Shown here piece after piece: positions 9,430 through 19,741 of a stretch of DNA of 64,000 bases; position 1 is the stretch's first letter, and each line of letters opens with the position of its first letter. Position numbers and translations under genes: made by a program. The notes beneath the pieces were generated by a model. That model made no database searches. It was not told where the DNA came from and saw only the letters and a program-made list of their open reading frames with translations. Source of the stretch: Gemmatimonadota bacterium (GTDB taxonomy: Bacteria > Gemmatimonadota > Gemmatimonadetes > Palauibacterales > KS3-K002); assembly GCA_039586795.1 (NCBI GenBank), contig JBDHJS010000012.1, positions 16,709 through 80,708 of the forward strand. The letters run 5' to 3'.

Positions 9430-10191
9430 ATGTGGAAACCACCTTCATTCCAGGGGAGCAAGGTCCCACAACAGGTTCCCCGTCTCGTAATCGCCATCGC
9501 TGCTGCCGTGATCGCCCTTGTCGTGGCCAGGTCCATTTTGGTGCCGGACACGTTCGGCGAACTCGGGCATTATCGGGCGGCGGCGATTGACGCGGTCGTA
9601 GCGCGCGAGAAGTCGTTTGCAGGTCAGCAGGAGTGCGCGATGTGCCACTTCCCCATCATGCAGGCGCGGTTGGAGGGGAACCACCGAGGTGTGTCGTGCG
9701 AGTCATGCCACGGTCCGGCGGCGGCTCATGTCGCGAACCCTGCGGAGACGAAGCCGACGATCCCGGATGTGCGCGAATTCTGTCCGCGCTGTCACTCGTA
9801 CAACATGTCACGGCCCACGGGTTTTGCTCAGATCGATCCGGTGGCTCACAATCCCCGCGTGCCGTGCATGCAATGTCATGATCCGCACGCGCCGGTGCCG
9901 CCGGTTACGCCCGAAGAGTGCAGCGCCTGCCACGGTCAGATCGCATCACAGAAAGCGGTCTCGCATCACGCCGGCCTCGAATGCACGACGTGCCACGTGG
10001 CGACCGATGAGCACAAGATGTTACCTCACAGAGTGCGGCCCAGCAAACCGGAGGACCGCAGCTTCTGTGGCGGCTGCCACGCAGAGGATTCTTCGAGCCC
10101 AGGCTATATACCGCGGATCAACTTGAGGATGCATAACCCCCGCTATCTCTGCTGGCAGTGCCATTATCCGCATTTCCCGGAGACTTCATGA
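9430..10191 (+). CDS. Membrane-anchored octaheme cytochrome c
   Basis: N-terminal TM and 8 CxxCH (CAMCH, CESCH, CPRCH, CMQCH, CSACH, CTTCH, CGGCH, CWQCH). Confidence 0.9.
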   Translation: MWKPPSFQGSKVPQQVPRLVIAIAAAVIALVVARSILVPDTFGELGHYRAAAIDAVVAREKSFAGQQECAMCHFPIMQARLEGNHRGVSCESCHGPAAAHVANPAETKPTIPDVREFCPRCHSYNMSRPTGFAQIDPVAHNPRVPCMQCHDPHAPVPPVTPEECSACHGQIASQKAVSHHAGLECTTCHVATDEHKMLPHRVRPSKPEDRSFCGGCHAEDSSSPGYIPRINLRMHNPRYLCWQCHYPHFPETS

Positions 10192-10985
10192 TGCCAGAAG
10201 AAACGCGCAATTCAGCCTGCAGCCCCAAACCAGAGCCGGACCCGGATCGTCGAGAGTTTCTGAGGAAGTGCGGCCTGGCAGCTCCGGTTCTGTTAGGCGT
10301 GATAGGCGTGCCGCTGATAGCCGCTCAGGACTCGGAGTCTGACGACTACGATGCAACCGAGCACCTGTATGGCATGGGGGTCGACATCTCGAAGTGCATC
10401 GGCTGTAGCCAATGCGTCGCCGCCTGCAAGATCGAAAATGATGTTCCGAGCGAACCGCATTTCTTCAACACCTGGGTCGAGCGTTACATCATCGAAATGG
10501 ACGGCGAGGTCCAGGTGGACAGCCCGAACGGGGGCATGGATGGATTCCCGCCCACGGAGAATGGCGATGTCCGGCGGACGTTCTTCGTTCCAAAGCTGTG
10601 CAACCAGTGCGACGAGCCACCTTGCGTTCAAGTCTGTCCTGTGGGGGCGACATTCAAAACGCAGGACGGCGTCATCCTCGTCGACGATGATTACTGCATC
10701 GGGTGTCGATACTGCGTGCAAGCGTGTCCGTACGGCGCCCGGTGGGTCCACCCAGAGAAGCATGTGGCGGCGAAATGCACGTTTTGCTACCACCGTCTTG
10801 TTGAGGGATTGGTACCCGCCTGCGTCGAAGTCTGTCCGACGGGTGCGCGGATCTTTGGCGAGGTCGAGAAACGCGCCACCCCGCTAGCGCGCTTCATGCG
10901 CTTCAACGACATACAGGTCTTAAAGCCGCAGATGAATACGAAGCCGAAGGTCTATTACGCTAATCTCGACGGCGAGGTGAGGTAG
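10188..10985 (+). CDS. NrfC/PsrB-type 4x[4Fe-4S] protein with Tat signal
   Basis: DRREFL Tat motif; CIGCSQC, CNQCDEPPC, CIGCRYC, KCTFC...PACVEVCP. Confidence 0.9.
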   Translation: MMPEETRNSACSPKPEPDPDRREFLRKCGLAAPVLLGVIGVPLIAAQDSESDDYDATEHLYGMGVDISKCIGCSQCVAACKIENDVPSEPHFFNTWVERYIIEMDGEVQVDSPNGGMDGFPPTENGDVRRTFFVPKLCNQCDEPPCVQVCPVGATFKTQDGVILVDDDYCIGCRYCVQACPYGARWVHPEKHVAAKCTFCYHRLVEGLVPACVEVCPTGARIFGEVEKRATPLARFMRFNDIQVLKPQMNTKPKVYYANLDGEVR

Positions 10986-10987
10986 CC

Positions 10988-12208
10988 ATGCAGGGTTACA
11001 TCTACCCCAATGAGTTCGAGCTCCATTGGAGCCTCCTCGTCGTGGTCTATCCGTACATAACGGGGCTGGTAGCCGGCGCCTTCATCCTGGCGTCGCTGGA
11101 GCGGGTCTTTAATGTCAAAGAAGTGCAGCCGACTTATCGCTTGGCCTTGCTGACGGCGCTCGCGTTTCTGCTCATCGCACCGCTTCCACTGTGGATCCAT
11201 CTGGGCCACCCACTGCGATCGTACGAGATCTTCTTGACGCCGAACAAGCAATCGGCGATGGCGATGTTCGGGTTTGTGTACGCCTGGTACCTGATGGTCG
11301 TGTTGCTGCTCGAGATCTGGTTCGACTATCGGAAAGATCTGGTACTCTGGTATCGGAACGAAAAGGGATGGCGACGCTGGGTGCACTACGCGTTGACACT
11401 GGGCGCTACCGATCTTTCGGCGCGGGCCCTGAAGTTCGATGACAAGGCCGGGCGTTGGATCACGATCATTGGTATCCCGTCGGCGTTCCTGCTTCACGGC
11501 TATGTCGGGTTCATCTTCGGATCGATCAAGGCGAATCCATGGTGGAGCAGCGTCTTGATGCCCGTCGTGTTCCTGTTTTCGGCCATCGTTTCGGGCATCG
11601 CGCTGGTACTCGTCATCTACATGATCTCCTGCATGTTCCGTTGGAAGCCTGTGGATATGAAGGCCGTGAACAAGCTGGCGGCATTCCTGTTCTACGCGAT
11701 GGTCGTCGACGTCTCGCTCGAGGCGCTCGACTTCATCCACAGACTTTACGAATCAGAAGAGTCGATCGAAATCCTGACTCGGCTGGTCGAGAGCCGGCTC
11801 TTCATAAGTCTGATCGTGCTTCAGCTAGTGATCGGGACCTTGATCCCGTTGATCACGTTAGGCCTGACAGCACCGGCACTGAGCAAGGAGCCAGTGCTCA
11901 AGGTGCCCGATGAACTCAAGCGCCTGCTATTCCTCGTCTGCGGAGTACTGGTACAGATCGGCATCTTTTCCATACGCTGGAATGTTGTGATCGGCGGTCA
12001 GCTGTTTTCCAAGAGCCTCCGCGGCCTGACCGTCTACAAGGCTGAGCTTTTGGGGATCGAAGGCCTGCTGATGGCAATGGCGATGTTGATACTGCCTTTG
12101 ATTGTCCTATGGGTACTGGTCAAGATTCTGCCTCCCTGGCCGGAAGCGGAAGCAGTGCTACCGGATGATGGCGGTGAGCATCCACATACCGCGGAGGTTA
12201 GTGGCTAA
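10988..12208 (+). CDS. NrfD/PsrC-family quinol-interacting membrane subunit
   Basis: Multiple TM helices; WSLLVVVYPYITGLVAG, HLGHPLR, FLFSAIVSG, IRWNVVIGGQ. Confidence 0.9.
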   Translation: MQGYIYPNEFELHWSLLVVVYPYITGLVAGAFILASLERVFNVKEVQPTYRLALLTALAFLLIAPLPLWIHLGHPLRSYEIFLTPNKQSAMAMFGFVYAWYLMVVLLLEIWFDYRKDLVLWYRNEKGWRRWVHYALTLGATDLSARALKFDDKAGRWITIIGIPSAFLLHGYVGFIFGSIKANPWWSSVLMPVVFLFSAIVSGIALVLVIYMISCMFRWKPVDMKAVNKLAAFLFYAMVVDVSLEALDFIHRLYESEESIEILTRLVESRLFISLIVLQLVIGTLIPLITLGLTAPALSKEPVLKVPDELKRLLFLVCGVLVQIGIFSIRWNVVIGGQLFSKSLRGLTVYKAELLGIEGLLMAMAMLILPLIVLWVLVKILPPWPEAEAVLPDDGGEHPHTAEVSG

Positions 12209-12217
12209 CGCAACAGC

Positions 12218-12292
12218 CGCCTGCTTGACACGACTACTGCCCCCTGGGCATCGGCCCAGGGGGCAGTAGTCGTCTTGGCAAGCAGGCGTTTT
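12218..12292. terminator. Long hairpin between convergent respiratory operons
   Basis: 20-bp perfect inner stem (12230-12249/12254-12273, loop atcg), 10-bp outer stem cgcctgcttg/caagcaggcg, then tttt. Confidence 0.75.
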
Positions 12293-12293
12293 C

Positions 12294-13400
12294 CTAAACC
12301 GTGGGATCCGCTGTATACCCTAGATATGTCAGCACTATGATGTAGATGATCACGGCGATGACCATCCAGGTGAACCATCGGCTTCGCTCGCCACGATCGG
12401 CGCGGCGGTCGATGAACGGTACGACGAACAGGGCGAGCCCGAGCAAACCGAAGGCAAGGATGCCGACAACCTCACCTTCGAACCACAGGATGTGAGCCGG
12501 CAGGTACTTCAGCGTCTGGAACATGAACATGAAGTACCATTCTGGCTTGATGCCGGCAGGCGCTGGGGCGAAGGGATCCGCTTTTTCACCGAGTTCTGCC
12601 GGGAAGTAGGCCGCAAGAGCGGCGAGTATCGCCAACGCGGTGAGCCAGCCGACCAGGTCCCGAAGCAGGAAGTTCGGGAAGAAAGGCATCTTCTCTTTCG
12701 ATCCGCCCTCCTGCTCCACATCGAGTGGTTCGCTCATTCCCTGCTTCTGCACTAGGAACAGGTGGAGAAACAGTAGGAAAGTGACCATCATCGGCAAGAC
12801 CGCCACGTGAATAGCGTAGAACCGCGTCAAAGTAGCGCCTGAGACGTCGCTGCCTCCGCGGAGCACCGTGGCGAGGAACGCGCCGGCGACTGGAACCGCC
12901 TCCATGATCTGTGTTCCAACGCGCGTCGCGAAATAGGCGAGCTCGTTCCAGGGCAACAAGTATCCGGTGAATCCAAAGGCCATCGAGATGCCGAGCAGCA
13001 GGACTCCCGACATCCAGGTCACCTCCCGCGGCCGGCGGTAGGCTTTCAGCAGCATAACGCTGAACAGGTGAAGGAACGCCGTGAAGATCATCAGGTTGGC
13101 CGACCAGTGATGGATCGAACGGATTAGCCAACCGAATTCTACCTCCGCCATTAGGAATTGAATGGACTCGTACGCGTCCTCGGCGCTCGGGCGGTAGTAG
13201 AAGAGCAAGAGAATCCCGGTCGCAACCTGTACGCAGAAGAGAAACAGGGTCATGCCGCCGAGATAATACCAGATCGTGTGCTTGTGGACAGGGACGTCCT
13301 TTTTCTTCGCCATCTGTCCGGCAACACTCAGGCTCAACCTGTCGTCGAGCCAGCGGTATAGGCTATCGAAATGTTCTCGGAGTTTCCCCATATCAGGCAT
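12294..13400 (-). CDS. petB: Cytochrome b of a Rieske/cytb complex (b6 and subunit-IV regions fused), intact
   Basis: Four heme-b His (IHHWSAN...LHL; IHVAVLP...LHL), GYLLPW, IKPEWY Qo motif. Confidence 0.9.
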   Translation of the reverse strand: MPDMGKLREHFDSLYRWLDDRLSLSVAGQMAKKKDVPVHKHTIWYYLGGMTLFLFCVQVATGILLLFYYRPSAEDAYESIQFLMAEVEFGWLIRSIHHWSANLMIFTAFLHLFSVMLLKAYRRPREVTWMSGVLLLGISMAFGFTGYLLPWNELAYFATRVGTQIMEAVPVAGAFLATVLRGGSDVSGATLTRFYAIHVAVLPMMVTFLLFLHLFLVQKQGMSEPLDVEQEGGSKEKMPFFPNFLLRDLVGWLTALAILAALAAYFPAELGEKADPFAPAPAGIKPEWYFMFMFQTLKYLPAHILWFEGEVVGILAFGLLGLALFVVPFIDRRADRGERSRWFTWMVIAVIIYIIVLTYLGYTADPTV

Positions 13401-13851
13401 CCCTGCTCACGACGATTTCGTCGGCGCGCTCGTTCACCACGAACACCTCGAGCGGCCCCGGCGGCGGACCCTGAACGACTCGGCCGTTCAGATCGAAGTG
13501 ACCGTTGTGACATGCGCACCAGACGCGGCTGAGATCATCTCGGTATTGAACGATGCACCCAAGGTGCGGGCAGGCGGCGGAAAAGGCGCGCAACTCGCCG
13601 GATGGCGTGCGGACGAGAATGCCCGGCTGGCTGCCGAACCTGAAGATCTGCCCCGAATTCGGCGGGACGTCTTCGGGTCTTATGGAGAGCGTGACCGTTG
13701 CCGATGCTGACTCTCCCGCAGCAGGCGGAATAAGGTACCGTGTCACTGGATAGAGGACGGACAGCACGAGACCACCCAGACTGGTTCCGAGTAGCCAATT
13801 AATGAAGCCACGCCGGCTGTGCTGCCGCGTCGGTTGATTCCTTGAAGCCAT
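13393..13851 (-). CDS. Rieske [2Fe-2S] protein with Tat signal
   Basis: SRRGFI Tat motif, CPHLGC and CACHNG boxes, GPPP loop. Confidence 0.95.
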   Translation of the reverse strand: MASRNQPTRQHSRRGFINWLLGTSLGGLVLSVLYPVTRYLIPPAAGESASATVTLSIRPEDVPPNSGQIFRFGSQPGILVRTPSGELRAFSAACPHLGCIVQYRDDLSRVWCACHNGHFDLNGRVVQGPPPGPLEVFVVNERADEIVVSRDA

Positions 13852-13854
13852 CGC

Positions 13855-15168
13855 TTACTCTCCCCCTCTCACACTCTGACCGGCGTCCAGCCGGGGCGTA
13901 CTCTCCAACTGTTTGATCTTGAGCACCAGCCCTACGATAAGCAGCAGTATGACGCCTACCGATACGGCCAGTCCCATGCGGCGGAATTGCAGTTCCTCCA
14001 GCGCTCGCTGGCCCTGGGCATGAGCCTGAGATGTGGTCTCCAGCCCGGCCTCGACCTCTTCGGAAACCATATCGAGCGAAAAGCTGTGCACGGCCGTGCG
14101 TGCGCTAATCAGAGCGGTGCGCGCGTCGCCCAAGGCGAACAGAGCCTCGCTAACCTCCATGCCGGCGTTCTCTGCTCTGTCGAGTATCGAGTCGGCCGTC
14201 TCGAATGCCGTCACCAAGGAATCGATTTGGCTGCGCATCAGGGAGGCAACGGCGCCACCGGCGCTCGTCTCTGAGTGACACATTCGACAGGCAGCGCCCT
14301 CGGTGAGTCCCAAGAGTTCGTCGCCCGCCGGTTCGATGTCATGGTTCTCATGGCACGTCGCACAGCCAGGCCGCCCCATCATCGCGAAGATCGGCGAGTG
14401 AAAGCTTTCGGCAAACAGCTCGCTCATCACCGTGTGGCACTGTCCACACACGTTACCAACCCAGGAGATTCCAGGCGGCGCTGCTCCATGGTTGCCGTGA
14501 CAGTCGTTGCACGTCGGTGCCGACAGGTCGCCTACTTCGGAAAGCATGCGCCAGTGGTAGCTCAGCTCGTACTTCTCACGCTGATCTGTCGGGATGCCGT
14601 AGGGCTCCATGTAGTCCGCATCCGAATGACACGAACCGCACGTTCCTGCGACATTCAACGGGTGTACGCTCGAGCTCGGATCGCCCGGAGGTTTTATCGA
14701 GTGTGCCGGATGGCAGCTTATGCAGGTGGCGACTTTTTGATCGCCGAACTGCGCGAGGCGGGTGCCGTGCACGGATGTTCGGTATTCAGCAACCTGGTCG
14801 ACGCGCAGCGAGGGATTGAACTGCCTCATGAACTGTGCATCGGAGTGGCAGCGACCACACACCAGTTCGACCTCATGAGGCTCCGGCACGCCGACATACC
14901 CACGCGCCGGGTCCATCGACGCCATGCTCATCATCGAGCCGTCGCCTCCGTGGCACGCCACGCAGCCGAAACTGGCGTCTGCATGAACGTCGTCCGCCAG
15001 CAGCTCCACCGGGTTGGAAAGCCTCTCGTCTCCGAGGGCGGCATGGCAAGTGATGCAGCTTTCTTCCTCCTGCTGCGCGAGTCCGGGCGAGGGCTGCGCG
15101 AGGAATGCAGCCATCAGAATCGCTGCAGAAACGAAGAGTCGAGTTGTTCTTATCACTGGTTCGATCAC
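13855..15168 (-). CDS. Nonaheme cytochrome c with C-terminal helical region and TM anchor
   Basis: Signal peptide, 9 CxxCH, C-terminal hydrophobic helix. Confidence 0.9.
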   Translation of the reverse strand: MIEPVIRTTRLFVSAAILMAAFLAQPSPGLAQQEEESCITCHAALGDERLSNPVELLADDVHADASFGCVACHGGDGSMMSMASMDPARGYVGVPEPHEVELVCGRCHSDAQFMRQFNPSLRVDQVAEYRTSVHGTRLAQFGDQKVATCISCHPAHSIKPPGDPSSSVHPLNVAGTCGSCHSDADYMEPYGIPTDQREKYELSYHWRMLSEVGDLSAPTCNDCHGNHGAAPPGISWVGNVCGQCHTVMSELFAESFHSPIFAMMGRPGCATCHENHDIEPAGDELLGLTEGAACRMCHSETSAGGAVASLMRSQIDSLVTAFETADSILDRAENAGMEVSEALFALGDARTALISARTAVHSFSLDMVSEEVEAGLETTSQAHAQGQRALEELQFRRMGLAVSVGVILLLIVGLVLKIKQLESTPRLDAGQSVRGGE

Positions 15169-16367
15169 CTCATCTGAAGGAAAGCCATTATGTCAGCGAT
15201 CTCTTGGTCGCTCAGTCTCGGCCAGGACATAGCCTGGGTCATGACCTCGGTCTCCATCGGAAGCGAGTGGTTCCACAGCGACGCCAATACAGCCGCCGGC
15301 GAGTCGTGACCCACCACCTCTTCCAGATCGCTCGCTGTCGCACCGCCTCTACCCGCAAGCGAGTGACATGCTAGACATCCTTTGGTAGAGAGGAGACTGC
15401 GTCCGTCTTCGGCATCGCCCGCGTCCGCGAAGTATTGCACCGAGTAGAGATAGGCAACGATATCAGCCATCTCGCCGGACCCGAGACGCGGAATCTCGAT
15501 TCTCCTCGCGCTCATCACTTCAGCCATCGCTGGCGCCTTGTTCCACATCGCTGTGGCAAAATCGGTCAGGCCTTGGTATAGCCCCTTCGCGGCGAGGTCA
15601 GGTCCGACGTTTCCGCCAAATCCGGCGACGCTGTGACATTCGACGCAGCTCTTCTCGGTGAAGACGACTTCTCCCTCATCAGGATCGCCCGGTAGCACGT
15701 AGAGCGGACCCTGTAAGGGTTCAGGCGCAACAGATTCGAGATACGAGACGAGGTCGAGCAACTCGCTGCCCTGAAAGGTCGGACGGACGATACCTCTCGA
15801 CGCCATTAACTCCGACATAGCCGGTCCGTGATTCCATAGGGCCGCAGCAACGAGGATCGGAGAGCCGTATTGACTGAGATGATCGAGGCTTGGTCCAATC
15901 ACACCGCCGTAGAGCCCGATCTGGTGACAGACCACGCATTGCTTCTCGGTGAAGAGCCTCTTGCCGGCCTCGACGTCGCCAGGCGGATCGAAGTAGTCTA
16001 GAGTGAAGAGGAACGCTGTGAGATCAGCAGCTTCACGGGGTGACATCGGTGACCGCTCGATTCCGTACTCCGTCATTCGTTGAGTCATGCCGGGAACATG
16101 GTTCCACATCGTGGCGGCCAATTCGTAGAACGATCCTGCTTGTGAGATGCCTCCCAGATCGGGCCCGACCGTGCCTCCCAATCCGTTGATCGAGTGACAT
16201 TTCACGCATCCCTTCTCGCCGAAAACCCGCGAGCCAGCCAACGGGTTCTCCGCCATGTGCATATGTTCTTGGCCCAGTAATGTTCCGGGTATTCCGCCAA
16301 GCATCGAAGCGACTGCCAACAGAAATAGTCGGCTACGGCATACGGACTGGAAACGATTACAGAACAT
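15165..16367 (-). CDS. Tetraheme cytochrome c made of four repeated monoheme domains
   Basis: CVKCH, CVVCH, CVECH, CLACH, each followed by a GPxL-like motif and WN(H/K)xxxM. Confidence 0.9.
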   Translation of the reverse strand: MFCNRFQSVCRSRLFLLAVASMLGGIPGTLLGQEHMHMAENPLAGSRVFGEKGCVKCHSINGLGGTVGPDLGGISQAGSFYELAATMWNHVPGMTQRMTEYGIERSPMSPREAADLTAFLFTLDYFDPPGDVEAGKRLFTEKQCVVCHQIGLYGGVIGPSLDHLSQYGSPILVAAALWNHGPAMSELMASRGIVRPTFQGSELLDLVSYLESVAPEPLQGPLYVLPGDPDEGEVVFTEKSCVECHSVAGFGGNVGPDLAAKGLYQGLTDFATAMWNKAPAMAEVMSARRIEIPRLGSGEMADIVAYLYSVQYFADAGDAEDGRSLLSTKGCLACHSLAGRGGATASDLEEVVGHDSPAAVLASLWNHSLPMETEVMTQAMSWPRLSDQEIADIMAFLQMR

Positions 16368-16448
16368 GATCTCCCTCTACCGTATTAGCTTCGAGTGCAT
16401 AGGCGCATGCGGGGCCAAACTGATATTGTCTCCAGAAGGCGGCCCCTG

Positions 16449-18476
16449 TCAGTTCCCACCTAACGACGGAATGTCTCTATGGCAGAGCGCGCAGTCCGCT
16501 GGAGCGTTGTGTTCCACCATATCCGCATGGCATACCGTGCAGACCTGTCGCGACCATTCGGTGATCCACTCAGCCCGGTCCTGGTGACACATGGTGCAAC
16601 CGTTGTGCGCGATCGGCATGTGCTTTTCCTTGACGCCGCCGCGGTGGCAGGCGAGACAGTTGTTGTCCGGTTGATGATGTAGCGTGTGGCATCCCTGGCA
16701 CGGTAGCTCACCAGCGCCCATGCCTGGCGATTCGTGACAGAGAGCGCAGGCCAGGCCAGCATCGCGATGCAGCTGATGCGGGAAGTCGCCAAGATCGGTT
16801 GCCACAGGACGCGTTGGGGCGCCGCCGGGCCCGTCGTGACAGTCCGAGCAGTTGTCCGGCTGGGCCGCAGCATGGTGACACGTATTGCACGTGGCTCGCC
16901 CGGTGACGAACGTTTCGCCGTGATCTTCCAACGACGAGTGACAGGAAGAGCAGGGAAGCCCTGCGCGCTGTGTATGGTAGCTGTGGTTGAACCGGGTCCC
17001 GGCAAAGGAAATGGACTGCGTACCGATCTCCACGTGGCACTGCAAGCATACGTTCCGCGATATGGGCGGGCCTAGCTGCAGGTCGGGTACCGAGTAGGGG
17101 AGGGGGCCTTCCTCCACAGCCTCCTCCACCAGGCCGACGGAGGCGCGCAGCAGCTCATCTGCGTAAGCGACGTTATGAGCGCCCTTGCCTCGCTCTACGA
17201 AGTCGATGTTCTCTTCCGCCAGCGTCAACAGGCTATCGACGGTCGCGCGGGTACGAACGGGTACGGCTCCCGTCGTGCTTCGCGCGCCGCTCACCAGCGA
17301 TGCGACTTGCTGGAGTTTTCGGTCGAGCTCACGTTGCCAGGCGGGCAAGATGTTGGCGTAGCGGATGCCATGGCATGACATGCAAGTCGCTTCGCCGGCG
17401 AGCTTTACCTCTTCATGACCCGGGACTTCTCCGGGCAATCCGTGGCAGCTCTGGCAGGAAACGCGGGCGAGGAACATGGAGCTGGGCATATCGTCGCTTC
17501 CGTGTCCGCCCATGCCGGCGTACATCTGCCTTTGTTCCTCATGTACGCGCTGATGACACGAGGCACAATCGAGTTCGAACGTCTCGGCAAGCGAGACCAC
17601 GCGGTGCAATATGGGCTGGTGGCACTGGGTGCACTCTACGTTGTGCTCCGCGATGTGGATTCGATGCACTAAGGTCGTGTTCTCGAACTCCGCAATCCGC
17701 TCCGGCTCGTTATGGCAGTTGAAGCAGCGGCGCTGGCCGGCCTCTCCGGTGCCGCCGGTTACGTCCTCATGGCAACTGACGCAGGACACCATCTCTTCAA
17801 CATACGTCGGATGATCGACGACGAAGCCAGCCGGCGAGCGGAAGCGAGGCGGTGAATGGTGGCAGCCGGTGCAACCGGCGAGCGGCTCGCCTGCCGGGCG
17901 ATCTTTGAAGTGACACAGGTAACACGTCACAGCCGTCACCCGAAGGTGAGCGGCGCCAATCTCGACGCCCTGGTAATCAACACCCTCGTTACCCTGCACT
18001 ATTTGTGAGTGACAACTGGTGCACCGAAGTCTCTTGCCGCGACGCAGCTCACCCAGGTGCTGCGTATGATCGAAGCCGATGCCTTGATAGTTAACCTGAC
18101 CTTCCAGCGCGCGCTCCGTATGACAACCCGAACGCAGGCAAGCCGCGTCTTCGATTTCAGCCCACGGTTTCGTTCCGTAGGCGCCGGTAACGTATTTCAC
18201 GACCTGGTTGGCGGCCTGCAGCTTGCCCATCGCCTCCGCTTTGATCCCGGGCGCGTAGTGACAGCTGATACACTTCACGTTGTTGTGCGACGAAGTGGCC
18301 CACGAATCATAGTAGGGCTGCATGAGGTGACAGTTGGTGCAGAAACTGGGCTGCGCACTGTACTCGATGAACCCTACAGTCGCCACGGCCATCAGGATGA
18401 CCCCGAGGATGGCGACCTGGATGCCGATCTTGATCGGCCGCGAAAATCGATTTAGAAAGCTTCCCACTAGCGTCAT
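16449..18476 (-). CDS. Large multiheme cytochrome c (21 CxxCH plus 1 CX4CH) with NapC/NirT-like N-terminus
   Basis: Start MTLVG after SD GAGGAGG; TM then SAQPSFCTNCHLMQPYYDSWATSSH, like NapC/NrfH; motifs counted by hand. Confidence 0.9.
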   Translation of the reverse strand: MTLVGSFLNRFSRPIKIGIQVAILGVILMAVATVGFIEYSAQPSFCTNCHLMQPYYDSWATSSHNNVKCISCHYAPGIKAEAMGKLQAANQVVKYVTGAYGTKPWAEIEDAACLRSGCHTERALEGQVNYQGIGFDHTQHLGELRRGKRLRCTSCHSQIVQGNEGVDYQGVEIGAAHLRVTAVTCYLCHFKDRPAGEPLAGCTGCHHSPPRFRSPAGFVVDHPTYVEEMVSCVSCHEDVTGGTGEAGQRRCFNCHNEPERIAEFENTTLVHRIHIAEHNVECTQCHQPILHRVVSLAETFELDCASCHQRVHEEQRQMYAGMGGHGSDDMPSSMFLARVSCQSCHGLPGEVPGHEEVKLAGEATCMSCHGIRYANILPAWQRELDRKLQQVASLVSGARSTTGAVPVRTRATVDSLLTLAEENIDFVERGKGAHNVAYADELLRASVGLVEEAVEEGPLPYSVPDLQLGPPISRNVCLQCHVEIGTQSISFAGTRFNHSYHTQRAGLPCSSCHSSLEDHGETFVTGRATCNTCHHAAAQPDNCSDCHDGPGGAPTRPVATDLGDFPHQLHRDAGLACALCHESPGMGAGELPCQGCHTLHHQPDNNCLACHRGGVKEKHMPIAHNGCTMCHQDRAEWITEWSRQVCTVCHADMVEHNAPADCALCHRDIPSLGGN

Positions 18477-18484
18477 GCCGGTTC

Positions 18485-19741
18485 CTACCTCCTCCTCTCG
18501 ATCCCGCGCAGCTTGAACCAGGCCAGGGTGATGGCCGAAAGTGCCAGAAACCAAACGGGGACTAGCAGGAGTTTGTGCTCCCACTGATGCTCGGCCGCGA
18601 CCTCAGCGGTAGCGCGAATGTCAGCCGATACCGAGGCGACTTGCCGTGTAAGATCTTCCAGTACCTCCAAGTCGAGGCTGTGCTGAGTCTGAGAGACCTG
18701 CAGATACGCTGATTGAGCCGAGTGGAGGCGAAGGCTCACATCATCTACGCGGTGGCCCGCTCCTCGAAGCTCAGAGATAGCCTCTTCCGCGCTGTGAAGT
18801 TCCTCAATCGCGCGTATCACTTGTTGTTGGATCTCTATGCCACCCAGTGCAGCCGGGCTGTCGGCATCGTGACAGACGGTGCACGTCGATGCGATTCTGT
18901 CCGGCGGTATGCGTTCGGTTCCGTGGTTAGAGTGGCATGCTGTGCAGCCTGGCAGCAAGCCGTTCCTGGCGGCGACTCCGTGAGGGCCAGCGTCGAGAGC
19001 CCGTCGTACTAGCACGTGGCAGTGCCCGCAAACATCGGTTATCTGATTTACGTTGGGCGGAAGAGCCGCGTGGGAGCCGTGGCATCCCGTGCAGGTCGGC
19101 GCTGCGAAGTTCAGCTTATCGTAGAGGGCCACGCCGTGGGCACTGCTACGGTGCGTTGAAATCTGGTCGATCCCCAGCCCGTATTCGCCCATTAACGCAG
19201 CATCTTCATGACAATCGGAGCAAGTGTGCACGATATTCGTCGGGTAGACGTTGCTGCGCGCGTCGTTAGCCGGGAGAATCGTGTGCGCATCGTGGCAGTC
19301 GGTGCAGGTCGGTGCGTTGTTGTCTCCTTGATTGAGGAGCAGCATCCCATGTCGGCTCGTCCTGAACTCAGCTAGTTGATCCGCTGGCAACCCGTACTGC
19401 CTCATTTGATCAGGATCGGAGTGGCACTCCGAACACAGTTCAACCGTTCCCATCTTACCGGGGCTCCCAACGAAATCAGAACCGGTATGCGCAGTTGCCG
19501 TCTCTAAACCGCGGGGGTTTCCACCATGACAATCGTGACAGCGGATACCACGCTCCGAGTGAACGCCGAGCTGGAACGCCCTGCGTTTTTCCGTGTGACA
19601 GACGACGCAGCTGTACTCGGGGTCCACCGTCACGCCTTGCTGTAGTGGGGCGATCGAAAGATCCGACTGAGCGGCAGCGTCAGGCGCAACGCTGTAGCCC
19701 AGCAATAGCCCGACGGCCAGAATCCATCTGCGAGATCTCAC
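18485..19741 (-). CDS. Second nonaheme cytochrome c (paralog of 13855-15168)
   Basis: Signal peptide, 9 CxxCH with similar spacing, shared DQxAExRTSxHG and APTCxDCH, C-terminal TM. Confidence 0.9.
   Translation of the reverse strand: MRSRRWILAVGLLLGYSVAPDAAAQSDLSIAPLQQGVTVDPEYSCVVCHTEKRRAFQLGVHSERGIRCHDCHGGNPRGLETATAHTGSDFVGSPGKMGTVELCSECHSDPDQMRQYGLPADQLAEFRTSRHGMLLLNQGDNNAPTCTDCHDAHTILPANDARSNVYPTNIVHTCSDCHEDAALMGEYGLGIDQISTHRSSAHGVALYDKLNFAAPTCTGCHGSHAALPPNVNQITDVCGHCHVLVRRALDAGPHGVAARNGLLPGCTACHSNHGTERIPPDRIASTCTVCHDADSPAALGGIEIQQQVIRAIEELHSAEEAISELRGAGHRVDDVSLRLHSAQSAYLQVSQTQHSLDLEVLEDLTRQVASVSADIRATAEVAAEHQWEHKLLLVPVWFLALSAITLAWFKLRGIERRR

Noticed and set aside
9430..19741. NrfA or HAO catalytic cytochrome among the multihemes
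   Set aside because: No CxxCK motif seen, and heme spacing gives no specific support for an HAO assignment
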